From positions 1 to 64,000 of the forward strand of contig JAAILG010000949.1 of NCBI GenBank assembly GCA_012026655.1: a stretch of 64,000 nt of DNA, given 5' to 3'. The DNA is from Hydrolagus affinis. Its lineage: Eukaryota. Numbering within the stretch: position 1 is the first letter of the stretch; each line of letters opens with the position of its first letter. Position numbers and translations under genes: made by a program. The notes below the pieces were generated by a model. The model was not told where the DNA came from and did not search any database. It saw only the letters and a program-made list of their open reading frames with translations. This document shows, one piece after another, positions 10,979 to 21,794 of the stretch.

Positions 10979-11722
10979 GGCCTTCTTTTCAACATCTATA
11001 CGCTCCTCCTTGGTGACATCATCCGCAGACATGGTGTCAACTTCCATATGTATGCGGTTGACACTCGACTCTATCTCTCTGCCTCCAACCTCGATTCCAG
11101 GTCCACTGCTGTTCAATAGACATCATGATGTCCTGTTGGACATCAAGTCCTGGATGAGAACTAACTTTCCACAGTTGAATGTCAAGAAGACCAACGCTCT
11201 AATAATAGAGCGCACCTCAGGCACTGGCAGCATCAACCTCCCTGATGTACACTCCATATATATCCAGTCCACAGACTGCAGATCATCCAGATCTCTGCAG
11301 CCTGTGTTCAGGCTCTACGACTCTATTACCCCCATTCTCGCCCCTCCCACAACTCAGAGGATTCAATTAAAAATCCTGGTCCTCACTTTTAAAGAAAGCC
11401 CTCCATAGCCTTGCCCCATCCTACTACTGTGACCTCCTAACTCCCTGCCAACCTGTCTGCTGCCTCTGCCCAGCAGTCTCCAGCCTGCTCCATTTCCCCC
11501 CACCCACCCATCCCACTATCGGCGGGTGAGCCTTCAGCCACTCTGCCCCCAACCTTTGGAATTCCATCCCGCAATCCCTCTGCCTTACCCCCTCCTTCAT
11601 GTCCCACCTCATGACCCAATCCCAACCCCAGTTTGTGTCTGAAACACTGACTGCCCAGTGCCTTGAGACGTCCCGCTGATGTGAAAGGCTCTATATACAC
11701 ATGTCATTTTGTTGTTGTTGTT
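10979..11722 (+). mobile_element. L2 LINE RT-to-3' remnant, internally deleted
   Basis: [33 protein letters not shown] (YADD mutated to YAVD), DIKSWMRTNFPQLNVKKT, QRIQLKILVLTFK; ends in (TTG)n. Confidence 0.92.
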
Positions 11723-11807
11723 TTTGACCCCAATGACTATTTCCAGAATTTTCGCCCCTGTTCTTGAACAAAAACTAGTGCTGGAGTTCAGATTCTCCCC
11801 CTTGCTA

Positions 11808-11821
11808 CCGCCCTCTTGTGG
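11808..11821 (-). promoter_or_regulatory. Candidate CTCF core motif
   Basis: Minus strand CCACAAGAGGGCGG versus consensus CCASYAGRKGGCRS (one mismatch). Motif match only. Confidence 0.35.
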
Positions 11822-11855
11822 TAATTCCTTGTGAGTGCACCTCAGGTTGACTGTC

Positions 11856-11910
11856 TAAAACCAAAACAGAAGTCGCTGGGAACAATCAGCAGGTCCGGCA
11901 GCATCTATAA
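11856..11910 (-). mobile_element. Possible Penelope-like element terminal fragment
   Basis: aaaacagaagtcgctgggaacaatcagcaggtccggcagcatct resembles a chondrichthyan repeat end I recall as Penelope-associated (gatgctgcctgacctgctgagt...ccagcattttctgtttt). Recall only. Confidence 0.4.
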
Positions 11911-12552
11911 GACAACAATCGAGGACAACAATCACAATGGCAATTAGAGAAGAAAACTGGTAAGGGATAACGTCAATGCATCTCCCTTTCCACCTTTATT
12001 TCGTACACGAAATACACTTGACAATATATTCGGTGGAGCACTTTTAGGCATTGCAAATGACACGGTGAAGTGCTACATTAAATGCAAGGATTATTCTTGT
12101 TACATCATCGAAGTGGAGTTGAACGTTTGTCACACTCAGTTGCTGGCTTGCGCTAGGAGAAGGGGTTAAGCCACACTGTGCTGCAGCGGCTGAACAGGGT
12201 TCTGGCTGAACAGAAATGAACAGCCTCCAGGTGCTGACAGTGTGAGTCTGGCTGCAATTCCCGTTGTAGGAATGGAGGATTGGAGGGGGGTGATTAATCC
12301 ATCTCCAGAATACGCCAAGGTGCAATCATTCGCTTCTGCTTAACTCATTCACTGCGTGCTGCCACTGTCACTCAGCTCAGCTGCTATGGTGCTGTCTGGC
12401 ACCTTCCCTGGAGCAAACCACAATGGTGGGGAAGCGAGTTAAAGGGGCCACAGCACCTGCAAATTCTAGCTTACCAGACATCATATATTTGTGTGTCTTG
12501 GTCAATATGTAGGTAACACACAGGTGCTGGAAAAGTGTAATTCATTTATTCT

Positions 12553-12935
12553 AATAATAATCGTTGCATTTGGATACAGCATCTAACTGTTGGGCTAGGG
12601 TCTCAAAGGATTTCGCAGGATTTACTGTGAGCAGTTAAAGTGTAGTGACTGTAATTTGTAGGTAGACATGGCAGGCAATTTACGCCACAAATAGATGACC
12701 AATAATAAATAATAATCTATGAAATTGGCCAGGACACCGGGAAAAACTTCCTTGTCTAGAATCTTTAACATCCACCTGCACAGGCAGACAAGACCTCCAA
12801 CAATGCAAGCACCCCTCGCCCAGCACCACATCAGAGTGTCAGCCTATACCATAAGCTCAAAGTCTGACGTGGAGATTGAACCCAAAAACTTTCAACAGTG
12901 GTGAGAATGCCACCAACTGAGCCAGTCTGACACCT
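12553..12935 (-). mobile_element. Deu-domain SINE, near full length with deletions
   Basis: (TAA)n tail at left, ttggccaggacaccggg and atctttaacatccacctg core, tRNA head gccaccaactgagccag at right. Confidence 0.85.
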
Positions 12936-13349
12936 AAATTTCTATCTAGAACAAATGTGCACAGAGAGAAATAGGAAGATAGGTTCAAATAATTTAGAGT
13001 AATCACAACATTCTGATCATCTCATGAAGTTGACAGAACCTTCAGAAAGTTAGTCACCTGCTCTTCGGAAAACAACAATTTGGAAAGCAATAAAAAGATC
13101 ATTTTAATTGACAAAGATATTGCGCATTTAACAAAATTCAGAGACCACAATATGCTGATAGTGGAGGAGATGAGCTCTCCAGACAGTCTCTGATATCAAT
13201 ATTAAATGTGGCGCTGAATAACAATGTCTAACTAGGCTACAGCTGGAATCAACATCACATACAGGGGATCAAAAGGAACAAGGAACAATCGATATTTACA
13301 CAGCATATTATCACATAAAAATGACTCAGTGCTCTTCACAAGCGTGGAG

Positions 13350-13560
13350 ACTTTTTTTAGGCAGCCATTTTGCACTTAGCAAGGTCTCACACTGATTACT
13401 CTGGGAGTGCCGGCCGTGGAGAAACTCACTTCTCTTTGTGACGAGGTCATGGGATCTTTTTAACATCCATCTGTACAGGCAGACGGTTCTTAATTTCATC
13501 GAACAACAACTCCAGCAATGCAGCATGTGCCCTGCACCACACTGACTGTGAGCTCAGTGT
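13350..13560 (-). mobile_element. Deu-domain SINE fragment
   Basis: ggcagccattttgcac...catgggatctttttaacatccatctgtacaggcagac. Confidence 0.65.
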
Positions 13561-13589
13561 ACCCATGTGGAATGCTTGGATGCACACTT

Positions 13590-14005
13590 TTACATAGAAT
13601 TACATAGAATATACAGCACAGAAATAGGCCACTGGTCTATGCTGGCGTTTATGCTCCACATGAGTCTCCTCCTGCCTTTTCTCGACTAACTCGACCAGCA
13701 TTGTGATCAACAGTGGTCCCAATAGTGATCCTTATGGAACACCACTTCTCACCCTCTACTAGTCTGAGTAGCTACCCTTTACCCAAACTCTCTGTCTTCT
13801 GTCTTGTAGCCAGCTTGCTATCCATTCTGCTACTTTTCCCCTTACTCCATTTGCTCTGACTTTATTCATTAGTCTATTATGCAGTACTTATTTAAGGAGG
13901 AAATAGTTTCTCTCTAGCTACCCCCATCAAAACCCTTTATCGTTTTAAACAGCTCAATGAGATCACCCCTCAACCATCTAAACCGAAGGGAATACAGACC
14001 ATTTA
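13590..14005 (-). mobile_element. CR1 composite (3' tail, RT piece and C-terminal piece)
   Basis: Tail (TTCTATGTAA)n at 13590-13610; WIASWLQDRRQRV..GVP*GSLLGPLL at about 13705-13860; LRGDLIELFKTIKGFD at about 13915-14000. Confidence 0.8.
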
Positions 14006-14409
14006 TGCAACCTGCAAAATTATTTTGGAGACTGGTTGTCATAACATGGTCAACCACTGGTGCAAGGTTCAATCCGGGCCAGACAGGTTGGATAAAAAGC
14101 TCCTCCTGTGTATGAAGTGCACTAAAATACTGGCAACAGAACAAGGAAAAATGCCTGGGTCTGTCCCCAAATTGCGTGTTAGTGGGTATTTGAGCCTTCC
14201 TGTGGTCTGGCTGTGCACCAGGCCTGGCACTGTCACTTGTCATCAATGATGAATAAGTAGTTTGTTGCTGTGGAGCGTTGTCCTTCCCCCTCTGTGATGT
14301 GTACAGCCCAGACTGAATAATAGCCTCTTCTCTCCTGTGGCCCAGAAAATTGTCCAAAGAGTAGTTTCAAATCCAGCGTAGGCAGACAGCTCAGCTTTTC
14401 TCTTTGATA

Positions 14410-14770
14410 GGTCATGAGAGGTTTTGATTGAGTAATTAAAGATAAACTGTTTCCACTGGTGGGAGGGAGGGTTGGTAACCAGAGAACATAGATTTAAGAT
14501 AATTGGCAAAAGCATCAGAGTGGAGATGAGGAGAATTTTTTTTTATTCGAAGAGTTGTCATGATTTGGGATGCACTGCCTGAAATGATGGTGGAACCAGT
14601 TTCAATAATAACTCTCAAAAGGGAATTCGATGTATACTTGAAAAAAAAAAGTGGTGTTATGGGGTAAAAGGGGGGGAGTGGGACTAGTTACTAGCTCTTC
14701 CATTAGTGCCGGCACAAGCATGATCAGTCGAATGGCTTCCATCTGTACTGTAGGATTTTATGATTTGATG
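14410..14770 (+). mobile_element. CR1 3' end
   Basis: KLFPL..TREHRFKIIGK...RRIFF.RVV..WDALP; terminal gccggcacaagcatgat...gaatggc...ttttatgatt. Confidence 0.85.
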
Positions 14771-15899
14771 ATAGGGAACTGGGCTAGTGCAATGTGTTAC
14801 AAATCTTTTTTTAAAGTGGTTTGAAGCTAGTTTCAGAATTTTCATGGGTAGAACTTGGCAGATTGACATCAATCTTAGACTCCTCACCCTAGCACATTAC
14901 TGACCCGGCTGCATGGATGGAATTATCAGTTTGGTTTGGATACTTTTAAGCATGGTGATGGGTTTCCACATGTGTCAGACACCTGGTTGCCCACCCACCC
15001 TCCAACACCCACCCCCAAAAAAAGTGTGCTTGACATGCAAGACTCTAGACTGTCACCTCAAGCACTGGAATCATAGTTGAATATTAATAGTAGCTCTAGG
15101 AGGGTCAGACTAATCTGACTCAGCTCTACAGAGAAGAACCTCATACAAGCTGAGGCACAGGAATGATGGGCATATAATAAACTAGTTCCTCTATAAACAG
15201 AGCTAACTTCTTAATTTAGCATCTTTGCAAGCACTAGATACTGTTCACTATGAGTAATTCAAGATCTTACATTCTCCATGTGGTCTCAGGAATGTTTACA
15301 TCAATCCTGATGACCAGGAGTCTTATGCTTTTGGGTGAAGCAAGTGCCAATAAACTGAATATGTATTTAGTGCCTGGTCTGTAGTGCGCTTGGGAGGGGT
15401 GTCTGAGATTGACGTCAATCTGCTGAGTTCTTTTGACTCTAAAACACGATGTCAAAGATCATTGTTTACTGAGTTCGAGCCAGGCAGGAAACCTTGGCTG
15501 GTCTTGGGAGCCAATACAAATTCCATCAGGAGCCATGGTTGGTTCCATTGGCTCCAGGTTGGCCACCTCAGAACAAGCCATCCTTGCCACGGATTATCAT
15601 ATCACCTCCCATCAACATGTTCAGGTTTATTTATTGTAGCAGTGCTAATATTGCCTCAGGGAAGTATACAGAGACAGGCTAGATTTTAATGACTCCAAGG
15701 AAGAATGATACTTTCTATTGAGTTCGACAAAGATTAATTGCCACATTTCCATTTGTAAATATTTGACATGACTTCCTCCATGTGTATGTGCAAACGCTGG
15801 CTAAGTTGTGATTGGCTGTTTGGTGCAACTCTGCCCACTCTGTGACCACTATGGGCTGTCCTACCTATGGTGGGGAATGGGCAACTTGACCATAAATAC

Positions 15900-16275
15900 C
15901 CAGTTATCCTTCCTCCCCCACATCCGATCCCAGACCAGCAACACCTTCTTCCATCTCCGCCACATTACCCGTCTCCATCAATACCTCAGTACCTGCCGCC
16001 TCCGCTCTACTGGGTCTGACCTCCTCGCTGTCCCCCTCGGTGACTGTACTTTCAGCCGCTACTCCCCCAAACTTTGGAACTTCCTCCCTCAACCCCTCTA
16101 CATCACTCCCCTTCTTTCCCATCTTCAGGTCCCGCCTGAAGACCTTTCTCTTCGACTGTGCTATGGTCATCTTCTCCCTCCCCCTGGCTCGGCCTCGGGC
16201 TCCGCCATTGTTAAGCGCCGTGAGATACAGCCCGATTTGGAGGGCGCTAAATAAATGCACGTGGTTGGTGTTGTT
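15900..16275 (+). mobile_element. L2 3' remnant
   Basis: QLSFLPHIRS...FFHLRHITRL, FSRYSPKLWN.LP, RLKTFLFD; tail agggcgctaaataaatgcacgtggttggtgttgtt. Confidence 0.85.
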
Positions 16276-16414
16276 GTAAATACGTCCACTTTGCAATTGC
16301 TTCAAGAGGCGTTACATCAAAGGAGATAGGGGCAGTTAGTGCTGTACTTGCTACCCAGTTAGCATGAGCTGATTTTTGATTCCTCGCTCTGTTCTTGCAT
16401 CTTATAGTAATTGA

Positions 16415-16625
16415 TGTGACAGGGTAGAGCATGCTTTACTCATGCTTTGGCTGACTTGGTAGAACTGTATGGGACACTCTAGAGAGAACGTTTCTCAATA
16501 TCTGCCCCATAACCTGACCCAGAAATGCTGAATGGGGCAGTGTAGAGAGAGCTTTATCTAACCCATGCTGTTGACTGACCTAGGAGGGCTGGATAGGACA
16601 GGATAGAGTGTCTAACTCATGCATA
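16415..16625 (+). repeat. Degenerate tandem repeat, about 60-70 bp period
   Basis: Recurrent acagggtagagcatgctttact / gggacactctagagagaac / gggcagtgtagagagagctttatctaacccatgctg / ggacaggatagagtgtctaactcatgc units. Confidence 0.55.
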
Positions 16626-16992
16626 GCTGAATTGCGGGTGTTATATTCTAAATACAAAGCATTTCTGTTCCTGCACGAAACTGCCCCAGATGAGTATGAA
16701 AGTTCACAATCAATAGAACAGCTTTGTCCAATGCTCCATTATGGGATATGTTATATTAGTTGCCTCATTCCTCACTTCAATTGTAGTGTCCAGAATATAT
16801 AATCTGGTTTGGCTGCAGTGTAGACCTTAACTCCCTTTACAAGGAGCTGCAGAGTTTAAATCCACTGAGTGTGTAATTCGTTGCAGAAGTTTCCACTATG
16901 TTGGGCTGAGGAGGATATGTGGATAAAATTATTCACTGGAACGTGTCCAACATGGCTTGTTTGATTCAATGCTCAGTGTTTACCAGTGTGCA

Positions 16993-17543
16993 CTGTTTAC
17001 TGAGCAGTAAGTAATGAACCCTGTTGTTAGTCGATTGGTGGATTGCTATCCGGGGGTAATAATCCCTGAAAAAAAATTACTCAATCCACAACCGTTTCTG
17101 GGACACTGCTGTGTGCAATTGCTTGTTGTTTTTCACCCACAAAATACACAGTCATAGAATCATAATATTATAGAATTATACAACACAAATCGGTATAGTT
17201 TCTCCTTGTTCGCCCTATCGAATACCCTTATTATTTTGAAAATCTCTACTGTCTTCCCTTAACCTTCTCTGCTCCAAGGAGAATAATACTAGCTTCTTTA
17301 GCTACTGCTCATAACTGTAGTCCCTCATTTCCGATGCCTTAACATCCTTTCTAAAGTGTGGTGCCCAGAATTGACCACAGTACCCTAGCTGAGGCCTAAC
17401 CAGTGTTGTATAAAGATTCACCGTAACTTCCTGACTTTTGTATTCTAATTGTCAGTCAATTCACTTCACCATATATTCTGTGAAGTGCTCTGAGATGTCC
17501 CAATGACATGATCGGGCACTATATCAAATGCAAGAATTATCAT
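16993..17543 (+). mobile_element. tRNA-derived SINE (long subfamily, headless) interrupted by CR1
   Basis: Body 16993-17154 resumes in register at 17453-17543. Confidence 0.85.
17155..17452 (-). mobile_element. CR1 3' fragment nested in a SINE
   Basis: (ATAGAATC)-type tail at left; reverse complement encodes YTTLVRPQLGYCGQFWAPHFRKDVKA; flanked by a CAGTCA duplication. Confidence 0.85.
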
Positions 17544-18711
17544 AAGGACCATTAAAGATTCACTCTCTCATTTTGTGCCATTAGCAAACAGAAATTGTTC
17601 CCCTTTTACCAGAATCAAGATCATTAAAATAATAGCAAAGTACGCTTTCACATGGCATTGACACTAACATGAAACATGACTTCTTGCTGTTATCCCTCCC
17701 TCTCCAAAATCTTCTGCATCTACTTTGTTATGTCTATGATCAAGGCAGGTAGGTAAGCTACTATTCTGTCTGTCGAGGTCTTGTCCTTGTCACAGGTATT
17801 CGGTGCCAGACCTTACATCCTTGCATTTTGTGTAGTGCCTTTCATTGTGGGAGGACATCTCAAAGCCCTTCAAGGGATATACTATACTGTTTATGAGCTC
17901 TGAGATGCTATCCTGCATGAAGGGAGTTATATAACGAAAAACAATGACTTGCAATTATGAAGCGCCCTCCATGCCGGGCGATTGTCTCAGAGCGTTTAAG
18001 TCTATTTTAAGTCTGTTGCTCGTAAATACAATCAGATACAACTTTCAGATATAAGAGTGCCACCATTTGAGCCTGGCTGACGTACAGATTCTAAATCTTT
18101 TACAGACACAAGGTACACATGGCTGTGCGGTGGTGGCTCTGCCATCAAAGCAGTCGACTCCCAGACGGCCACTCGGCCTGACCTCAGACCCAATACGGAT
18201 TGCACACAACAACAACCCCATCAAGCCAGCAATAAACCCCGATACTGGGTCAGTCAGGAGTCAGACGCAAGATCAGACAAGGCTGCTCTCGCAGGCAATG
18301 TGAGCAGAACGTGCCTTTATCTGTCAGACTGTACACTACAGGAGAGGCAGAGGCTGACAACATGCCAGGTTGGGTTAGAATGACCTGCGATGGCTATAAT
18401 TTTAGAGCTTATTCCAGCCAATTTCCATTATCAGCAGCTTCTCCGGGGGCCAAGGTCTGAATGGAGTCTCGACAATGCGTGACTGCAACTGATAACATTC
18501 ACAAACAGCACTTTGTCGGCATGAAATCTCTGAGCCTTTAGAGAGATACTGAACCCGATGCCCTGCACAGAAACTAACAATCTCATTCAGTGAAAGGGCG
18601 TTTCACTCGGCTTCACATTTGTGCCACATCCTATTCTGGCTGTTTTGCTAACTGTGCTTTGTCCCCCTTGATTGGACAAAACCATTGTGCCAGTTGAAGG
18701 GAGCACAGCAC

Positions 18712-18832
18712 TCATGGATTGAGTGACCACAATTTTTTAGGGGATTATTACTCCGGAAAGTATTATTACCCCCGGAAAGCGATCTGCTAATTGACAAGCA
18801 TTCGGGTTCCTACTCACTGCTAGGCAAACAGC
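18712..18832 (-). mobile_element. tRNA-derived SINE (long subfamily) central fragment
   Basis: ggattgagtgacc...gggattattac...ccggaaagcgatctg...gttcctactcactgctaggcaaacag, with a local duplication of attattac.ccggaaag. Confidence 0.75.
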
Positions 18833-18839
18833 TCAGCTC

Positions 18840-18942
18840 GGGTCCGAAACACTGACTGTCCAGCGACCTTGGGACGTCGACCCAATGTGAAAAGCACTAT
18901 ACAAATGTAATTTTGTTATTGTTGTTATTGTTTTTGTTGCTG
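18840..18942 (+). mobile_element. Solo L2 tail
   Basis: tccgaaacactgactgtccagcgaccttgggacgtc...gtgaaaagcactatacaaatgtaattttgttattgtt. Confidence 0.8.
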
Positions 18943-20629
18943 CCTAAGGTTTCGTCCGGCGTACGAATCAAAAACTCAGATCCTCTTGCTTGTTTGGCAA
19001 GTCATCCCACTGCTTGTCCAGTTAGGACCACCCGACCCATTAGAGCTTCGGATGGCATGGTTAGCAGGAGCTGGGTGAGATGATTCCCTGCCCTCAGTGA
19101 CTGGTCTACCCTTCCAGGCTGGGCTGTGCCATCCACAGTGCCCTGGAGCTCTCCTGTATCTGCAACATATTCAACATCCTACAACATTATCTGGAAAGAG
19201 AAAGGAAGTTTCTCCCAATCTTCTGGCCAAAAATCTCCCCCATTAATTGTTTGTTGTTTGTGGGGCTGCCGAGTTTCCCTGCAAAAACCCAGTCACTACA
19301 AACATCGAGACATGTCAACATATGAAGCACAATAAAAATATGTTCTTTCTTTACCACACCGGACAGTGCACTGACTCACCGAGCCCTCGGGACAGGGCTT
19401 GTTATTTCTGGCAAGACATGAGAAAGAAAATATCTCACAAACTGACTGAACATGTCATTGTACCCGTGCCTCAGAGTTGAGGGGGGAACAGAAAGGTAGT
19501 GAGGGGGGGGGGGGGGGAAATGGTTACAGCCTACAGATGCAATTATGACAGGCAAACACAGCACGTTCTGGAAATACAGCTTTTAAAGCTGAGTGAAGTA
19601 ACATTGGGAATTAGAGATCTTAGAGTCCCTTTTATATTATAGAGATGGGATAGTGGGGGAAACCATAGCAACTAGGGAAATATGAAAAAAATTGCACTTG
19701 ACAGCTCCGAGGAGACTGCTAATCTGTTTTACTTCCAGCGCGGTGTTTGTGGGGATCACAGCAGACTTTTTTTAAAAAAAAACACAACACCCTCACAAGA
19801 CGCATCCAAACCCAACAAGAAAATAACGAGTAATGCCTGTGAGAAAATGCCGAGACTTTCAAACGATAGCTGAGTTTGTAGATGCACCTTTAAAGAATAA
19901 AATTACTATAAATTGATGTTTCTGAGCTGGAAATAAGCTTGTGGCAGTTCTGCTCTGACCACAGACAGATGATGCATTCTTCTGTGGTCCACACTGACAC
20001 AGTCGGCTTCTGCACTGACAGCTGAGCTGGTAAATCCCTCAGTGGGACACTTTAGACCCAAACAATGTCTAGACAGGCTGAGAACAGATGAATTTGCAGT
20101 CACCTCCCAGCACTGCTCCCAGGCAGGGCAGTAACTCTCTCAGCTCAGTGGTGGCACCGCTGCCAAACCTGCTCCTGCCTTCTCAACCACAATCTCTGCA
20201 GCTGTCTGCAGTCACAGTCCTGTCCTCTCTCCCCTCCTCACCCTTTCACTCAGTCTTTGTTATGCAATAATTCCTCCCCACTGGATCTGACACTCAAAAT
20301 CTGCTTAGCATGAGGAATTAGCACAGAAGAATATTCATTCCCTCGCTCTCAGTCCTCCATGTGCACCAGTGAGAGTGAGAACTCAGAGAGACATTTTATA
20401 CAGCACAAGCTCCTCAATGGGCGAGACATACGCAGACAGAGAGATTAACCCTTTACAAGTCGACAGTGAAAGCAAACGAGATTGAGTCCTGGATAATACA
20501 GGTTTCGCCCACAAAGTGCACAGTCACTCGACAATATATGCTGTGAATTGCATGTCTCAACGATGTGATAAGCCTCTATATTAAATGCAAAAATTATTCT
20601 TATTCTTATTCAGTGACCATATTTAGTTT

Positions 20630-21240
20630 CGCTGTGGGCCTGGCTGAGTTGGTAGCTCTCTCGCCTCCAGGTCAGAAGGTTGTACGGTTGATAAGGTAAA
20701 GTGTTCCGAGATGCCACCCATGTGAAGAGTGCTATTTAAATGCAAGTTACTGTTGCTGTGGAGCGTTCCAAACCCCACATGGAGTTTGAGCTCATGATCT
20801 GTAGTCCTGTAATTCAGTGGTAAGAGCAGTTGCCTGACAAGCGGGAGAACTGTGTTTAAATCCAGACAGGGTAAAACCTTGGGCAAGTTTCTTTACTCCA
20901 TACACCTAATAATAATCCCTCTAAAAAAACAATTGGTCATTTCAATCAACGGCTATTTGTGGGACACTGCTGTGTGCAATTGACTGCCGTGTTTCGCTCA
21001 CAAATATACAGTCAGTTCACTTTACGGTAAATTCTGTGAAGCGCTTTGAGACGTCTAGAAGACATGAAAAGTGCTATATCAAATGCAAGGATTATATTTA
21101 TTATTATCTAAGCTTTCACTACAAAGCTGGGGAAACACTGCATTGACTACCTATTAAAGATTCCATGGCACGTTTTAAAAAGAGAGGGGAGTTTTTCCTC
21201 GTGTCCTGACCAACAATTTTCCAGATAAAATAAAATTCCT
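20630..21240 (+). mobile_element. Deu-domain SINE carrying two nested insertions
   Basis: Head tggctgagttggtagctctctcgcctccaggtcagaagg, L2 tail at about 20695-20758, body, short-subfamily SINE, then the Deu core attaaagattccatggcac. Confidence 0.75.
20803..21107 (+). mobile_element. tRNA-derived SINE, short subfamily
   Basis: agtcctgtaattcagtggtaagagc head, cacctaataataatccct junction, gagacgtctagaagacatgaaaag tail. Confidence 0.9.
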
Positions 21241-21794
21241 GACTGTTTGAGAGCCAAACAATCCACACCGTCCTACATTTGATAGAAAACTCAGTGAGAG
21301 GATAGAGGCAGGTGAAGAGGTACATTTTAAGAAGGGAATAGTCCCTGGGTTGAAACCATGAGACATTTTAGCTGCAGATGACTTCTTCAGCTGTTTGGGA
21401 GAATGGAAGATGGTGTTTTGTTTCTTAAGCTGGAATAATTCCTCCTGAATTTTGCAGATAAACCACCTCGGAGAGACGCAATTGGGCCTGGATCTCAGAA
21501 ATGACTCACAGCACATGATAACCCAGCACTGACATCACAGACATCACTTAGCCCACGAGCTGCCGAGCCCTGCAACAATCTGCAGACATGGCCCACAGGC
21601 TGCCAAACATTGCAACTTTCCTCTTGTAAAAAGTCTCATTTGTGTCAATATTGAATTACTTTCCATTAGCAAGGTGAGCTTAGCACAGGTGCTTAGTTTC
21701 TCCACAGCTCAAGTATTGATAACAACACCACCTTGCATTTATAAAGCGCCCTTCACGCGGGCTAGCGTTCCAGAGCACTTGATCAGCCCAGGGT

